From Nemertoderma westbladi (taxonomy: Eukaryota > Animalia > Xenacoelomorpha): a stretch of DNA of 64,000 bases. Location of the stretch: assembly GCA_032718475.1 (NCBI GenBank), contig JAUCBJ010002187.1, forward strand, positions 46,811 through 110,810, given 5' to 3'. Position numbers and translations under genes: made by a program. A model generated the notes under the pieces. The model ran no database searches. It was not told the origin of the DNA and saw only the letters and a list, made by a program, of their open reading frames with translations. Of the stretch, positions 38,101 through 51,790 are shown piece after piece. The number at the start of each line of letters is the position of its first letter. Within the stretch, counting starts at the first letter, position 1.

Positions 38101-41100
38101 GAAAAGGATATCCACCATTTTACCTCTAGCTTGGATGGAGTGGAAATGATTTCCACCATTTTACCTCTAGGATGGATGGAGTGGAAAGGATTTCCACATT
38201 TTACCTCCAGGATGGGTGGAGTGGAAAGGATTTCCACCATTTTACGTCTAGGATGGAAGGAGTGGAAAGGATTTCCACCATTTTACCACTAGGATGGATG
38301 GAGTGTAAAGGATTTCCACCATTTTACCTCTAGGATGGATGGAGTGGAAAGGATTTCCACCAATTACCTCTAGGATGGATGGAATGGAAAGGATTTCCAT
38401 CATTTTACCTCTAGGATGGATGGAGTGGAAAGGATTTCCACCATTTTACCTCTGGATGTATGGAATGGAAAGGATTTCCATCATTTTACCTCTCGGATGG
38501 AAGGAGTGGAAAGGATTTCCACCATTTTACCTCTAGGATGGATGGGGTGGAAAGGATTTCCACCATTTTACATCTAGGATGGAAGGAGTGGAAAGGATTT
38601 CCACCATTTTACATCTAGGATGGAAGGAGTGGAAAGGATTTCCACCATTTTACCTCTAAGATGGATGGAGTGGAAAGGATTTCCACTATTTTACCTCCAG
38701 GATGGATGGAGTGGAAAGGATTTCCACCATTTTACCTCCAGGATGGAAGTAGTGGAAAGGATTTCCACCATTTTACCTCTAGGATGGATGGGGTGGAAAG
38801 GATTTCCACCATTTTACATCTAGGATGGAAGGAGTGGAAAGGATTTCCACCATTTTACATCTAGGATGGAAGGAGTGGAAAGGATTTCCACCATTTTACC
38901 TCTAGGATGGATGGAGTGGAAAGGATTTCCACCATTCTACCTCTAGGATGTATGGAATGGAAACGATTTCCACAATTTTACCTCTAGGATGGATGGAGTG
39001 GAAAGGATTTCCACCATTTTACCTCTAGGATGGATGGAGTGGAAAGGATTTCCAACATTTTACTTCTAGGCTGGATGGAGTGGAAAGGGATTTCCACCAT
39101 TTTACCTCTAGGATGGATGGTGTGAAAAGGATATCCACCATTTTACCTCTAGCTTGGATGGAGTGGAAATGATTTCCACCATTTTACCTCTAGGATGGAT
39201 GGAGTGGAAAGGATTTCCACATTTTACCTCCAGGATGGGTGGAGTGGAAAGGATTTCCACCATTTTACGTCTAGGATGGATGGAGTGGAAAGGATTTCCA
39301 CCATTTTACCTCTAGCTTGGATGGAGTGGAAATGATTTCCACCATTTTACCTCTAGGAGGGATGGAGTGGAAAGGATTTCCACCATTTTACCTCTAGGAT
39401 GGAAGGAGTGGAAAGGATTTCCCCCCTTTTACATCTAGGATGGATGGAGTGGAAAGGATTTCCACCAGTTTACCTCTAGGATGGATTGAGTGGAAAGGAT
39501 TTCCACCATTTTACCTCTAGGTGGATGGAGTGGAAAGGATTTCCACCATTTTACCTTTAGGATGGATGGAGTGGAAAGGATTTCTACCATTTTACCTCTA
39601 GGATGGATGAAGTGGAAAGGATTTCCACCATTTTACCTCTAGGATGTATGGAATGGAAAGGATTTCCATCATTTTACCTCTAGGGTGGAAGGAGTGGAAA
39701 GGATTTCCACACATTTACCTCTAGGATGGATGGAGTGGAAATGATTTCCACCATTTTACCTCTAGGATGGATGGAGTGGAAAGGATTTCCACATTTTACC
39801 TCCAGGATGGGTGGAGTGGAAAGGATTTCCACCATTTTACCTCCAGGATGGATGGTGTGGAAAGGATATCCACCATTTTACCTCTAGCTTGGATGGAGTG
39901 GAAATGATTTCCACCATTTTACCTCTAGGATGGATGGAGTGGAAAGGATTTCCACATTTTACCTCCAGGATGGGTGGAGTGGAAAGGATTTCCACCATTT
40001 TACGTCTAGGATGGATGGAGTGGAAAGGATTTCCACCATTTTACCTCTAGGATGGAAGGAGTGGAAAGGATTTCCACCATTTTACCTCTAGCTTGGATGG
40101 AGTAGAAAGGATTTCCACCATTTTACCTCTAGGATGGATGGAGTGGAAAGGATTTCCACATTTTACGTGCAGGATGGGTGGAGTGGAAAGGATTTCCACC
40201 ATTTTACGTCTAGGATGGATGGAGTGGAAAGGATTTCCACCATTTTACCTCTAGGATGGATGGAGTGGAAAGGATTTCCACCATTTTACCTCTAGGATGT
40301 ATGGAATGGAAAGGATTTCCATCATTTTACCTCTCGGATGGAAGGAGTGGAAAGGATTTCCACCATTTTACCTCTAGGATGGATGGGGTGGAAAGGATTT
40401 CCACCATTTTACATCTAGGATGGAAGGAGTGGAAAGGATTTCCACCATTTTACATCTAGGATGGAAGGAGTGGAAAGGATTTCCACCATTTTACCTCTAA
40501 GATGGATGGAGTGGAAAGGATTTCCACTATTTTACCTCCAGGATGGATGGAGTGGAAAGGATTTCCACCATTTTACCTCCAGGATGGATAGAGTGGAAAG
40601 GATTTCCACCATTTTACCTCCAGGAGGGATGGAGTGGAAATGATTTCCACCATTTTACCTCTAGGATGGATGGAGTAGAAGGAAAGGAATTCCACCATTT
40701 TACCTCTAGGATGGATGGAGTGGAAAGGTTTTCTGAAATCGACAAAGCGGTCAAAGGAGTGGAAAGGATTTCCACCATTTTACCTCTAGGCTGGATGGAG
40801 TGGAAAGAATTTCCACCATTTTACCTCTAGGATGGATGGAGTGGAAGGAAAGGATTTCCACCATTTTACCTTTAGGATGGATGGAGTGGAAAGGATTTCC
40901 ACCATTTTACCTCTAGGATGGATGGTGTGAAAAGGATATCCACAATTTTACCTCTAGCTTGGATGGAGTGGAAATGATTTCCACCATTTTACCTCTAGGA
41001 TGGATGGAGTGGAAAGGATTTCCACATTTTACCTCCAGGATGGGTGGAGTGGAAAGGATTTCCACCATTTTACGTCTAGGATGGATGGAGTGGAAAGGAT

Positions 41101-44100
41101 TTCCACCATTTTACCTCTAGCTTGGATGGAGTGGAAATGATTTCCACCATTTTACCTCTAGGAGGGATGGAGTGGAAAGGATTTCCACCATTTTACCTCT
41201 AGGATGGAAGGAGTGGAAAGGATTTCCCCCCTTTTACATCTAGGATGGATGGAGTGGAAAGGATTTCCACCAGTTTACCTCTAGGATGGATGGAGTGGAA
41301 AGGATTTCCACATTTTACCTCCAGGATGGGTGGAGTGGAAAGGATTTCCACCATTTTACGTCTAGGATGGATGGAGTGGAAAGGATTTCCACCATTTTAC
41401 CTCTAGGATGGAAGGAGTGGAAAGGATTTCCACCATTTTACCTCTAGCTTGGATGGAGTAGAAAGGATTTCCACCATTTTACCTCTAGGATGGATGGAGT
41501 GGAAAGGATTTCCACATTTTACGTGCAGGATGGGTGGAGTGGAAAGGATTTCCACCATTTTACGTCTAGTATGGATGGAGTGGAAAGGATTTCCACCATT
41601 TTACCTCTAGGATGGATGGAGTGGAAAGGATTTCCACCATTTTACCTCTAGGATGTATGGAATGGTAAGGATTTCCATCATTTTACCTCTCGGATGGAAG
41701 GAGTGGAAAGGATTTCCACCATTTTACCTCTAGGATGGATGGGGTGGAAAGGATTTCCATCATTTTACATCTAGGATGGAAGGAGTGGAAAGGATTTCCA
41801 CCATTTTACATCTAGGATGGAAGGAGTGGAAAGGATTTCCTCCATTTTACCTCTAAGATGGATGGAGTGGAAAGGATTTCCACTATTTTACCTCCAGGAT
41901 GGATGGAGTGGAAAGGATTTCCACCATTTTACCTCCAGGAGGGATGGAGTGGAAATGATTTCCACCATTTTACCTCTAGGATGGATGGAGTAGAAGGAAA
42001 GGAATTCCACCATTTTACCTCTAGGATGGATGGAGTGGAAAGGTTTTCTGAAATCGACAAAGCGGTCAAAGGAGTGGAAAGGATTTCCACCATTTTACCT
42101 CTAGGATGGATGGAGTGGAAGGAAAGGATTTCCACCATTTTACCATTAGGATGGATGGAGTGGAAAGGATTTCCACCATTTTACCTCTAGGATGGAAGGA
42201 GTGGAAAGGATTTCCACCATTTTACCTCTAGCTTGGATGGAGTAGAAAGGATTTCCACCATTTTAGCTCTAGGATGGATGGAGTGGAAAGGATTTCCACC
42301 ATTTTACCTCTAGGATGGAAGGAGTGGAAAGGATTTCCACCATTTTACCACTAGGATGGATGGAGTGGAAAGGATTTCCACCATTTTACCTCTAGGATGG
42401 ATGGAGTGGAAAGGATTTCCACCATTTACCTCTAGGATGGATGGAATGGAAAGGATTTCCATCATTTTACCTCTAGGATGGATGGAGTGGTAAGGATTTC
42501 CACCATTTTACCTCTAGGATGGATGGAGTGGAAAGGATTTCCACCATTTTACCTCTGGATGTATGGAATGGAAAGGATTTCCATCATTTTACCTCTCGGA
42601 TGGAAGGAGTGGAAAGGATTTCCACCATTTTACCTCTAGGATGGATGGGGTGGAAAGGATTTCCACCATTTTACATCTAGGATGGAAGGAGTGGAAAGGA
42701 TTTCCACCATTTTACATCTAGGATGGAAGGAGTGGAAAGGATTTCCACCATTTTACCTCTAAGATGGATGGAGTGGAAAGGATTTCCACTATTTTACCTC
42801 CAGGATGGATGGAGTGGAAAGGATTTCCACCATTTTACCTCCAGGATGGAAGTAGTGGAAAGGATTTCCACCATTTTACCTCTAGGATGGATGGGGTGGA
42901 AAGGATTTCCACCATTTTACATCTAGGATGGAAGGAGTGGAAAGGATTTCCACCATTTTACATCTAGGATGGAAGGAGTGGAAAGGATTTCCACCATTTT
43001 ACCTCTAGGATGGATGGAGTGGAAAGGATTTCCACCATTCTACCTCTAGGATGTATGGAATGGAAACGATTTCCACAATTTTACCTCTAGGATGGATGGA
43101 GTGAAAAGGATTTCCACCATTTTACCTCTAGGATGGATGGAGTGGAAAGGATTTCCAACATTTTACTTCTAGGCTGGATGGAGTGGAAAGGGATTTCCAC
43201 CATTTTACCTCTAGGATGGATGGTGTGAAAAGGATATCCACCATTTTACCTCTAGCTTGGATGGAGTGGAAAGGATTTCCACATTTTACGTGCAGGATGG
43301 GTGGAGTGGAAAGGATTTCCACCATTTTACGTCTAGGATGGATGGAGTGGAAAGGATTTCCACCATTTTACCTCTAGGATGGATGGAGTGGAAAGGATTT
43401 CCACCATTTTACCTCTAGGATGTTGTATGGAATGGAAAGGATTTCCATCATTTTACCTCTCGGATGGAAGGAGTGGAAAGGATTTCCACCATTTTACCTC
43501 TAGGATGGATGGGGTGGAAAGGATTTCCATCATTTTACATCTAGGATGGAAGGAGTGGAAAGGATTTCCACCATTTTACATCTAGGATGGAAGGAGTGGA
43601 AAGGATTTCCACCATTTTACCTCTAAGATGGATGGAGTGGAAAGGATTTCCACTATTTTACCTCCAGGATGGATGGAGTGGAAAGGATTTCCACCATTTT
43701 ACCTCCAGGATGGATAGAGTGGAAAGGATTTCCACCATTTTACCTCCAGGAGGGATGGAGTGGAAATGATTTCCACCATTTTACCTCTAGGATGGATGGA
43801 GTAGAAGGAAAGGAATTCCACCATTTTACCTCTAGGATGGATGGAGTGGAAAGGTTTTCTGAAATCGACAAAGCGGTCAAAGGAGTGGAAAGGATTTCCA
43901 CCATTTTACCTCTAGGCTGGATGGAGTGGAAAGAATTTCCACCATTTTACCTCTAGGATGGATGGAGTGGAAGGAAAGGATTTCCACCATTTTACCTTTA
44001 GGATGGATGGAGTGGAAAGGATTTCCACCATTTTACCTCTAGGATGGATGGTGTGAAAAGGATATCCACAATTTTACCTCTAGCTTGGATGGAGTGGAAA

Positions 44101-47100
44101 TGATTTCCACCATTTTACCTCTAGGATGGATGGAGTGGAAAGGATTTCCACATTTTACCTCCAGGATGGGTGGAGTGGAAAGGATTTCCACCATTTTACG
44201 TCTAGGATGGATGGAGTGGAAAGGATTTCCACCATTTTACCTCTAGCTTGGATGGAGTGGAAATGATTTCCACCATTTTACCTCTAGGAGGGATGGAGTG
44301 GAAAGGATTTCCACCATTTTACCTCTAGGATGGAAGGAGTGGAAAGGATTTCCCCCCTTTTACATCTAGGATGGATGGAGTGGAAAGGATTTCCACCAGT
44401 TTACCTCTAGGATGGATTGAGTGGAAAGGATTTCCACCATTTTACCTCTAGGTGGATGGAGTGGAAAGGATTTCCACCATTTTACCTTTAGGATGGATGG
44501 AGTGGAAAGGATTTCTACCATTTTACCTCTAGGATGGATGAAGTGGAAAGGATTTCCACCATTTTACCTCTAGGATGTATGGAATGGAAAGGATTTCCAT
44601 AATTTTACCTCTAGGGTGGAAGGAGTGGAAAGGATTTCCACCATTTTACCTCTAGGATGGATGGAGTGGAAATGATTTCCACCATTTTACCTCTAGGATG
44701 GATGGAGTGGAAAGGATTTCCACATTTTACCTCCAGGATGGGTGGAGTGGAAAGGATTTCCACCATTTTACCTCCAGGATGGATGGTGTGGAAAGGATAT
44801 CCACCATTTTACCTCTAGCTTGGATGGAGTGGAAATGATTTCCACCATTTTACCTCTAGGATGGATGGAGTGGAAAGGATTTCCACATTTTACCTCCAGG
44901 ATGGGTGGAGTGGAAAGGATTTCCACCATTTTACGTCTAGGATGGATGGAGTGGAAAGGATTTCCACCATTTTACCTCTAGGATGGAAGGAGTGGAAAGG
45001 ATTTCCACCATTTTACCTCTAGCTTGGATGGAGTAGAAAGGATTTCCACCATTTTACCTCTAGGATGGATGGAGTGGAAAGGATTTCCACATTTTACCTG
45101 CAGGATGGGTGGAGTGGAAAGGATTTCCACCATTTTACGTCTAGGATGGATGGAGTGGAAAGGATTTCCACCATTTTACCTCTAGGATGGATGGAGTGGA
45201 AAGGATTTCCACCATTTTACCTCTAGGATGGATGGATTGGAAAGGATTTCCACATTTTACCTGCAGGATGGGTGGAGTGGAAAGGATTTCCACCAATTTA
45301 CCTCTAGGATGGATGGATTGGAAAGGATTTCCACATTTTACCTGCAGGATGGGTGGAGTGGAAAGGATTTCCACCATTTTACGTCTAGGATGGATGGAGT
45401 GGAAAGGATTTCCACCATTTTACCTCTAGGATGGATGGAGTGGAAAGGATTTCCACCATTTTACCTCTAGGATGGAAGGAGTGGAAAGGATTTCCACCAT
45501 TTTACCTCTAGCTTGGATGGAGTAGAAAGGATTTCCACCATTTTACCTCTAGGATGGATGGAGTGGAAAGGATTTCCACCATTTTACCTCTAGGATGGAA
45601 GGAGTGGAAAGGATTTCCACCATTTTACCTCTAGCTTGGATGGAGTAGAAAGGATTTCCACCATTTTACCTCTAGGATGGATGGAGTGGAAAGGATTTCC
45701 ACATTTTACCTGCAGGATGGGTGGAGTGGAAAGGATTTCCACCATTTTACGTCTAGGATGGATGGAGTGGAAAGGATTTCCACCATTTTACCTCTAGGAT
45801 GGATGGAGTGGAAAGGATTTCCACCATTTTACCTCTAGGATGGATGGATTGGAAAGGATTTCCACATTTTACCTGCAGGATGGGTGGAGTGGAAAGGATT
45901 TCCACCAATTTACCTCTAGGATGGATGGATTGGAAAGGATTTCCACATTTTACCTGCAGGATGGGTGGAGTGGAAAGGATTTCCACCATTTTACGTCTAG
46001 GATGGATGGAGTGGAAAGGATTTCCACCATTTTACCTCTAGGATGGATGGAGTGGAAAGGATTTCCACCATTTTACCTCTAGGATGGAAGGAGTGGAAAG
46101 GATTTCCACCATTTTACCTCTAGCTTGGATGGAGTAGAAAGGATTTCCACCATTTTACCTCTAGGATGGATGGAGTGGAAAGGATTTCCACCATTTTACC
46201 TCTAGGATGGAAGGAGTGGAAAGGATTTCCACCATTTTACCACTAGGATGGATGGAGTGGAAAGGATTTCCACCATTTTACCTCTAGGATGGATGGAGTG
46301 GAAAGGATTTCCACCACTTACCTCTAGGATGGATGGAATGGAAAGGATTTCCATCATTTTACCTCTAGGATGGATGGAGTGGTAAGGATTTCCACCATTT
46401 TACCTCTAGGATGGATGGAGTGGAAAGGATTTCCACCATTTTACCTCTGGATGTATGGAATGGAAAGGATTTCCATCATTTTACCTCTCGGATGGAAGGA
46501 GTGGAAAGGATTTCCACCATTTTACCTCTAGGATGGATGGGGTGGAAAGGATTTCCACCATTTTACATCTAGGATGGAAGGAGTGGAAAGGATTTCCACC
46601 ATTTTACATCTAGGATGGAAGGAGTGGAAAGGATTTCCACCATTTTACCTCTAAGATGGATGGAGTGGAAAGGATTTCCACTATTTTACCTCCAGGATGG
46701 ATGGAGTGGAAAGGATTTCCACCATTTTACCTCCAGGATGGAAGGAGTGGAAAGGATTTCCACCATTTTACCTCTAGGATGGATGGGGTGGAAAGGATTT
46801 CCACCATTTTACATCTAGGATGGAAGGAGTGGAAAGGATTTCCACCATTTTACATCTAGGATGGAAGGAGTGGAAAGGATTTCCACCATTTTACCTCTAG
46901 GATGGATGGAGTGGAAAGGATTTCCACCATTCTACCTCTAGGATGTATGGAATGGAAACGATTTCCACAATTTTACCTCTAGGATGGATGGAGTGGAAAG
47001 GATTTCCACCATTTTACCTCTAGGATGGATGGAGTGGAAAGGATTTCCAACATTTTACTTCTAGGCTGGATGGAGTGGAAAGGGATTTCCACCATATTAC

Positions 47101-49310
47101 CTCTAGGATGGATGGTGTGAAAAGGATATCCACCATTTTACCTCTAGCTTGGATGGAGTGGAAATGATTTCCACCATTTTACCTCTAGGATGGATGGAGT
47201 GGAAAGGATTTCCACATTTTACCTCCAGGATGGGTGGAGTGGAAAGGATTTCCACCATTTTACGTCTAGGATGGATGGAGTGGAAAGGATTTCCACCATT
47301 TTACCTCTAGCTTGGATGGAGTGGAAATGATTTCCACCATTTTACCTCTAGGAGGGATGGAGTGGAAAGGATTTCCACCATTTTACCTCTAGGATGGAAG
47401 GAGTGGAAAGGATTTCCCCCCTTTTACATCTAGGATGGATGGAGTGGAAAGGATTTCCACCAGTTTACCTATAGGATGGATTGAGTGGAAAGGATTTCCA
47501 CCATTTTACCTCTAGGTGGATGGAGTGGAAAGGATTTCCACCATTTTACCTTTAGGATGGATGGAGTGGAAAGGATTTCTACCATTTTACCTCTAGGATG
47601 GATGAAGTGGAAAGGATTTCCACCATTTTACCTCTAGGATGTATGGAATGGAAAGGATTTCCATCATTTTACCTCTAGGGTGGAAGGAGTGGAAAGGATT
47701 TCCACCATTTTACCTCTAGGATGGATGGAGTGGAAATGATTTCCACCATTTTACCTCTAGGATGGATGGAGTGGAAAGGATTTCCACATTTTACCTCCAG
47801 GATGGGTGGAGTGGAAAGGATTTCCACCATTTTACCTCCAGGATGGATGGTGTGGAAAGGATATCCACCATTTTACCTCTAGCTTGGATGGAGTGGAAAT
47901 GATTTCCACCATTTTACCTCTAGGATGGATGGAGTGGAAAGGATTTCCACATTTTACCTCCAGGATGGGTGGAGTGGAAAGGATTTCCACCATTTTACGT
48001 CTAGGATGGATGGAGTGGAAAGGATTTCCACCATTTTACCTCTAGGATGGAAGGAGTGGAAAGGATTTCCACCATTTTACCTCTAGCTTGGATGGAGTAG
48101 AAAGGATTTCCACCATTTTACCTCTAGGATGGATGGAGTGGAAAGGATTTCCACATTTTACGTGCAGGATGGGTGGAGTGGAAAGGATTTCCACCATTTT
48201 ACGTCTAGGATGGATGGAGTGGAAAGGATTTCCACCATTTTACCTCTAGGATGGATGGAGTGGAAAGGATTTCCACCATTTTACCTCTAGGATGTATGGA
48301 ATGGAAAGGATTTCCATCATTTTACCTCTCGGATGGAAGGAGTGGAAAGGATTTCCACCATTTTACCTCTAGGATGGATGGGGTGGAAAGGATTTCCACC
48401 ATTTTACATCTAGGATGGAAGGAGTGGAAAGGATTTCCACCATTTTACATCTAGGATGGAAGGAGTGGAAAGGATTTCCACCATTTTACCTCTAAGATGG
48501 ATGGAGTGGAAAGGATTTCCACTATTTTACCTCCAGGATGGATGGAGTGGAAAGGATTTCCACCATTTTACCTCCATGATGGATAGAGTGGAAAGGATTT
48601 CCACCATTTTACCTCCAGGAGGGATGGAGTGGAAATGATTTCCACCATTTTACCTCTAGGATGGATGGAGTAGAAGGAAAGGAATTCCACCATTTTACCT
48701 CTAGGATGGATGGAGTGGAAAGGTTTTCTGAAATCGACAAAGCGGTCAAAGGAGTGGAAAGGATTTCCACCATTTTACCTCTAGGCTGGATGGAGTGGAA
48801 AGAATTCCCACCATTTTACCTCTAGGATGGATGGAGTGGAAGGAAAGGATTTCCACCATTTTACCTTTAGGATGGATGGAGTGGAAAGGATTTCCACCAT
48901 TTTACCTCTAGGCTGGATGGAGTGGAAAGAATTTCCACCATTTTACCTCTAGGATGGATGTAGTGGAAGGAAAGGATTTCCACCATTTTACCTTTAGGAT
49001 GGATGGAGTGGAAAGGTTTTCTGAAATCGACAAAGCTAAGAAACACAGGAAGGCTCTTTGCTTTGACATAATTCCTTCTACCAAACTCCACAGCTCAAGT
49101 ATCTGAGCTATTAATTGTTCATCCATTTGGTCGAAATCCATTTTGGCTTTTACACAGTAGTTTCTCTATATGAGGTCTAACTCTATATCGAAAAATTTTG
49201 TTGTATACCATTTTGGCATCTACTACAAGGAAACTGATTCCACCATAGTTTGTTGGTATACAGAAGTCTCCTTTATTGGGAAAAGGCTTTAGTTGACTTC
49301 TAGTCACAAT
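35140..49310 (-). pseudogene. Decayed RTE-like RT relic split by the 41-bp satellite
   Basis: Right flank: PFPNKGD...TNYGGIS, KLLCKSQNGFRP, FLSFVDFRKPFHSIH; left flank continues to GVLQGDTLAPLLF (~35195-35235). Confidence 0.85.
35330..49016. repeat. 41-bp satellite, ~13.7 kb (~330 units), with higher-order structure
   Basis: Unit GGATGGATGGAGTGGAAAGGATTTCCACCATTTTACCTCTA; identical variant blocks recur at offsets 612, 1023, 3126, 7995 and 9018 bp in the ORF track. Confidence 0.98.
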
Positions 49311-50499
49311 TATTGGCTTTGAAAGTTTCAGATATCACCCCAGATAAACTATTTATGGTCAATGTCAAAGGCTCCATCTGCCACAGGCAGGGCCAGGCCA
49401 GGCCATACAACCATCAAAGCTTGCACAGCACAAGCCTAGACTGTTGCTAACTTAGGACTTCCAACAGATTTCGGGCACCATAAGTTCAACAAACTCCCGC
49501 TAGGCAAGCTAGGGCTAGAGGGCTATAATCAATGTATAAAAATTAATAATTATCTTTAACCTCTTTAATAATATTATGAATTCGTCCATGCTGAAACTTG
49601 ACACATATACACTAGACCAATAAATGTATTTTTGTGTGGGAGCTGATCAGTCTGTAGTTCTTTAGTTTGCCGCTAGGTTGTTTATTGGTGGTTTACTGTA
49701 ACATTTAGCAGTTTAGTGGACTGTCACGGTATGCTAGGAATTATAGTATACCAAATGTATAGCAAATGAGATATAATTCCGGCCGGAACATTTTCCTCAT
49801 TGCTCATTGTGGGCACATCTTGTGCATTATGGAATAGAGCAAGCTCTGTACACCACGGACTCGCTATACTTGTCGACACTACTGACTGGCAGCCACTGGT
49901 AGTTTTGGTCGATCGTCAGTTCTTGACGAAAGAAAACCTCCATACGCCAACACCACCAGGCTTACAGATTGGCCTTTGGAAAATGCCGGAAGACCTAATG
50001 ATACTTTTTTTTACTTTCTAACTTTGGGCCTTTACTGCATAAGTCAGCAGTGCAAAATATGGTTGGGCTTGAGGTAGGGCATTAGAGACAGCGCTCTACA
50101 TAAACATAAGTGTGTTATATACCGGTACTATATTCGCATTTTTAGTTAGGAAAGAGCTTAATATTGCTATCAAGTTTAACTGATAGTAAACAAACCTTCG
50201 CGCAGCATGTGATATAACGTGTCTTATGTTAAGTGTCAACTCGAAAGAATTATAAGCAAAATTTAACCAGATGTCCCCTAATCACTTTACCACCTAGACG
50301 CAATCTAGCGGCAGAATGGAGAACTGCAGACCGATCACCAAAACCTTGTGATGACACGTGGAACATAGAGGATAATATGCAATAAAGCATTGTAATCCCT
50401 CTTCTCCATATCTTGAGCATTGAAATTAGTATTTCTTTTTCTATCACTACCGGCTGACCGGTACCTTAAATATTGTATTTTTATTGTACATTTTATATT

Positions 50500-51790
50500 G
50501 ACAGACTGCTACAGACTATTGAGAGACTGCTCCGTGGAAATCAGAATGGGTTCCGTAAAGGTCGTGGGACCATGGAACCCATTTTGGCACTTAGAAGGAT
50601 AATTGAAGAGTTATCAAAAAAGAAAGACAGGCATCTGGCTGTTATCTTTGTTGACTTCTTCAAGGCCTTTGATTCAGTCTCTCGCTCACGTATGTTCAGC
50701 ATACTTTCATTATATGGGATTCCTGATGAAAATATTTCAGCAATCAGATCAGTATACGATGGTTCAACAACATTTGTGTCTACTGTTGACGGTGACACAG
50801 AACCATTTGAAGTGTTATGGGGCGTCCTCCAGGGAGACACACTTGCACCATTCTTGTTCATAATTGTGGTTGACTATGTTCTATGCATGTCCTTAGATCA
50901 TCATAATGATGATGGGGTGATGATAACTCCACCTACTGGCTCCAGAAGTCGAGGAAATCCTGCCAAGTACCTAACTGATCTAGACTATAGGAGTACTCTC
51001 AGAATCACTAGAGGGAGCCCAACGGCTCCACAGCTCATTAGAACATGCTGCTTCTAGTGTTGGTCTTTTTATTAACTCCAGAAAGACCAAAATTTTGACA
51101 GTTAACTTTGAAAGTCCTCAGCAAGTCTCTGATCGGATGATCATAAGCTCAAAGGATGGTATGCTTGAGCATGTGGACGACTTCTGTTACCTGGGATCAT
51201 GGATCCGGAAGTCAGGCGAGGACCTTCGAATACGTAAGGGAAAGGCATGGGCAGCCTTGAATAGGCTTTCCAGGATTTGGAAGTCACCGAGAATTAATCG
51301 GAAACTTAAGGTCCGATTATTTAGACCAGCAGTAGTTCCAGTACTCCTCTATGGGAGTCCATGCTGCTGGGCTCTAACTGCTGAGGACACCAAATGTCTG
51401 GATGGCACATTCACAAGAATGCCACGCCGGGTTCATTGTGTCAAGTACAATGCACACATCTCCAACCAGACACTATATAACATTGGAGGTTCCCCCAAGC
51501 TTGACACTAGAACAAAATCGCCTCCGCTTTGCAGGACATTGCTTTCGCCGTGAGGATCAGCCAGTGCATAATCTTGTACTTTGGCAGCCTCATGGAGTGA
51601 ATAAGCATGGTGGACAGCCCATGACTTTCTTGAGACGCATCTTAAAGGACACTGGCCTTGAAGATGCGGATGATCTAGCAAATATCATAGGTGATAGGGA
51701 GTTGTGGTGGCGCAATTTTGTCGACAAGCCGGCACAGCATTCTTAAAAATGCAGCTGCAATGCAGCATGCCGATCCTAGTAGTAGTAGTA
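50500..51790 (+). mobile_element. 5'-truncated RTE-clade LINE with frameshifts, deleted ADD of YADD, and (TAG)n tail
   Basis: NQNGFRKGR, FVDFFKAFDSV, GVLQGDTLAPFLF, YLTDLDY then a frameshift into GVLSES; flanked by ~200-bp direct repeats (50299-50499 and 51818-52014). Confidence 0.92.

Noticed and set aside
35330-49016. CRISPR-like array (hairpin-containing repeat) and its many short ORFs
   Set aside because: Units are head-to-tail with no unique spacers, there are no cas genes and the context is eukaryotic; the ORFs are frame-rotating translations of a 41-bp unit.
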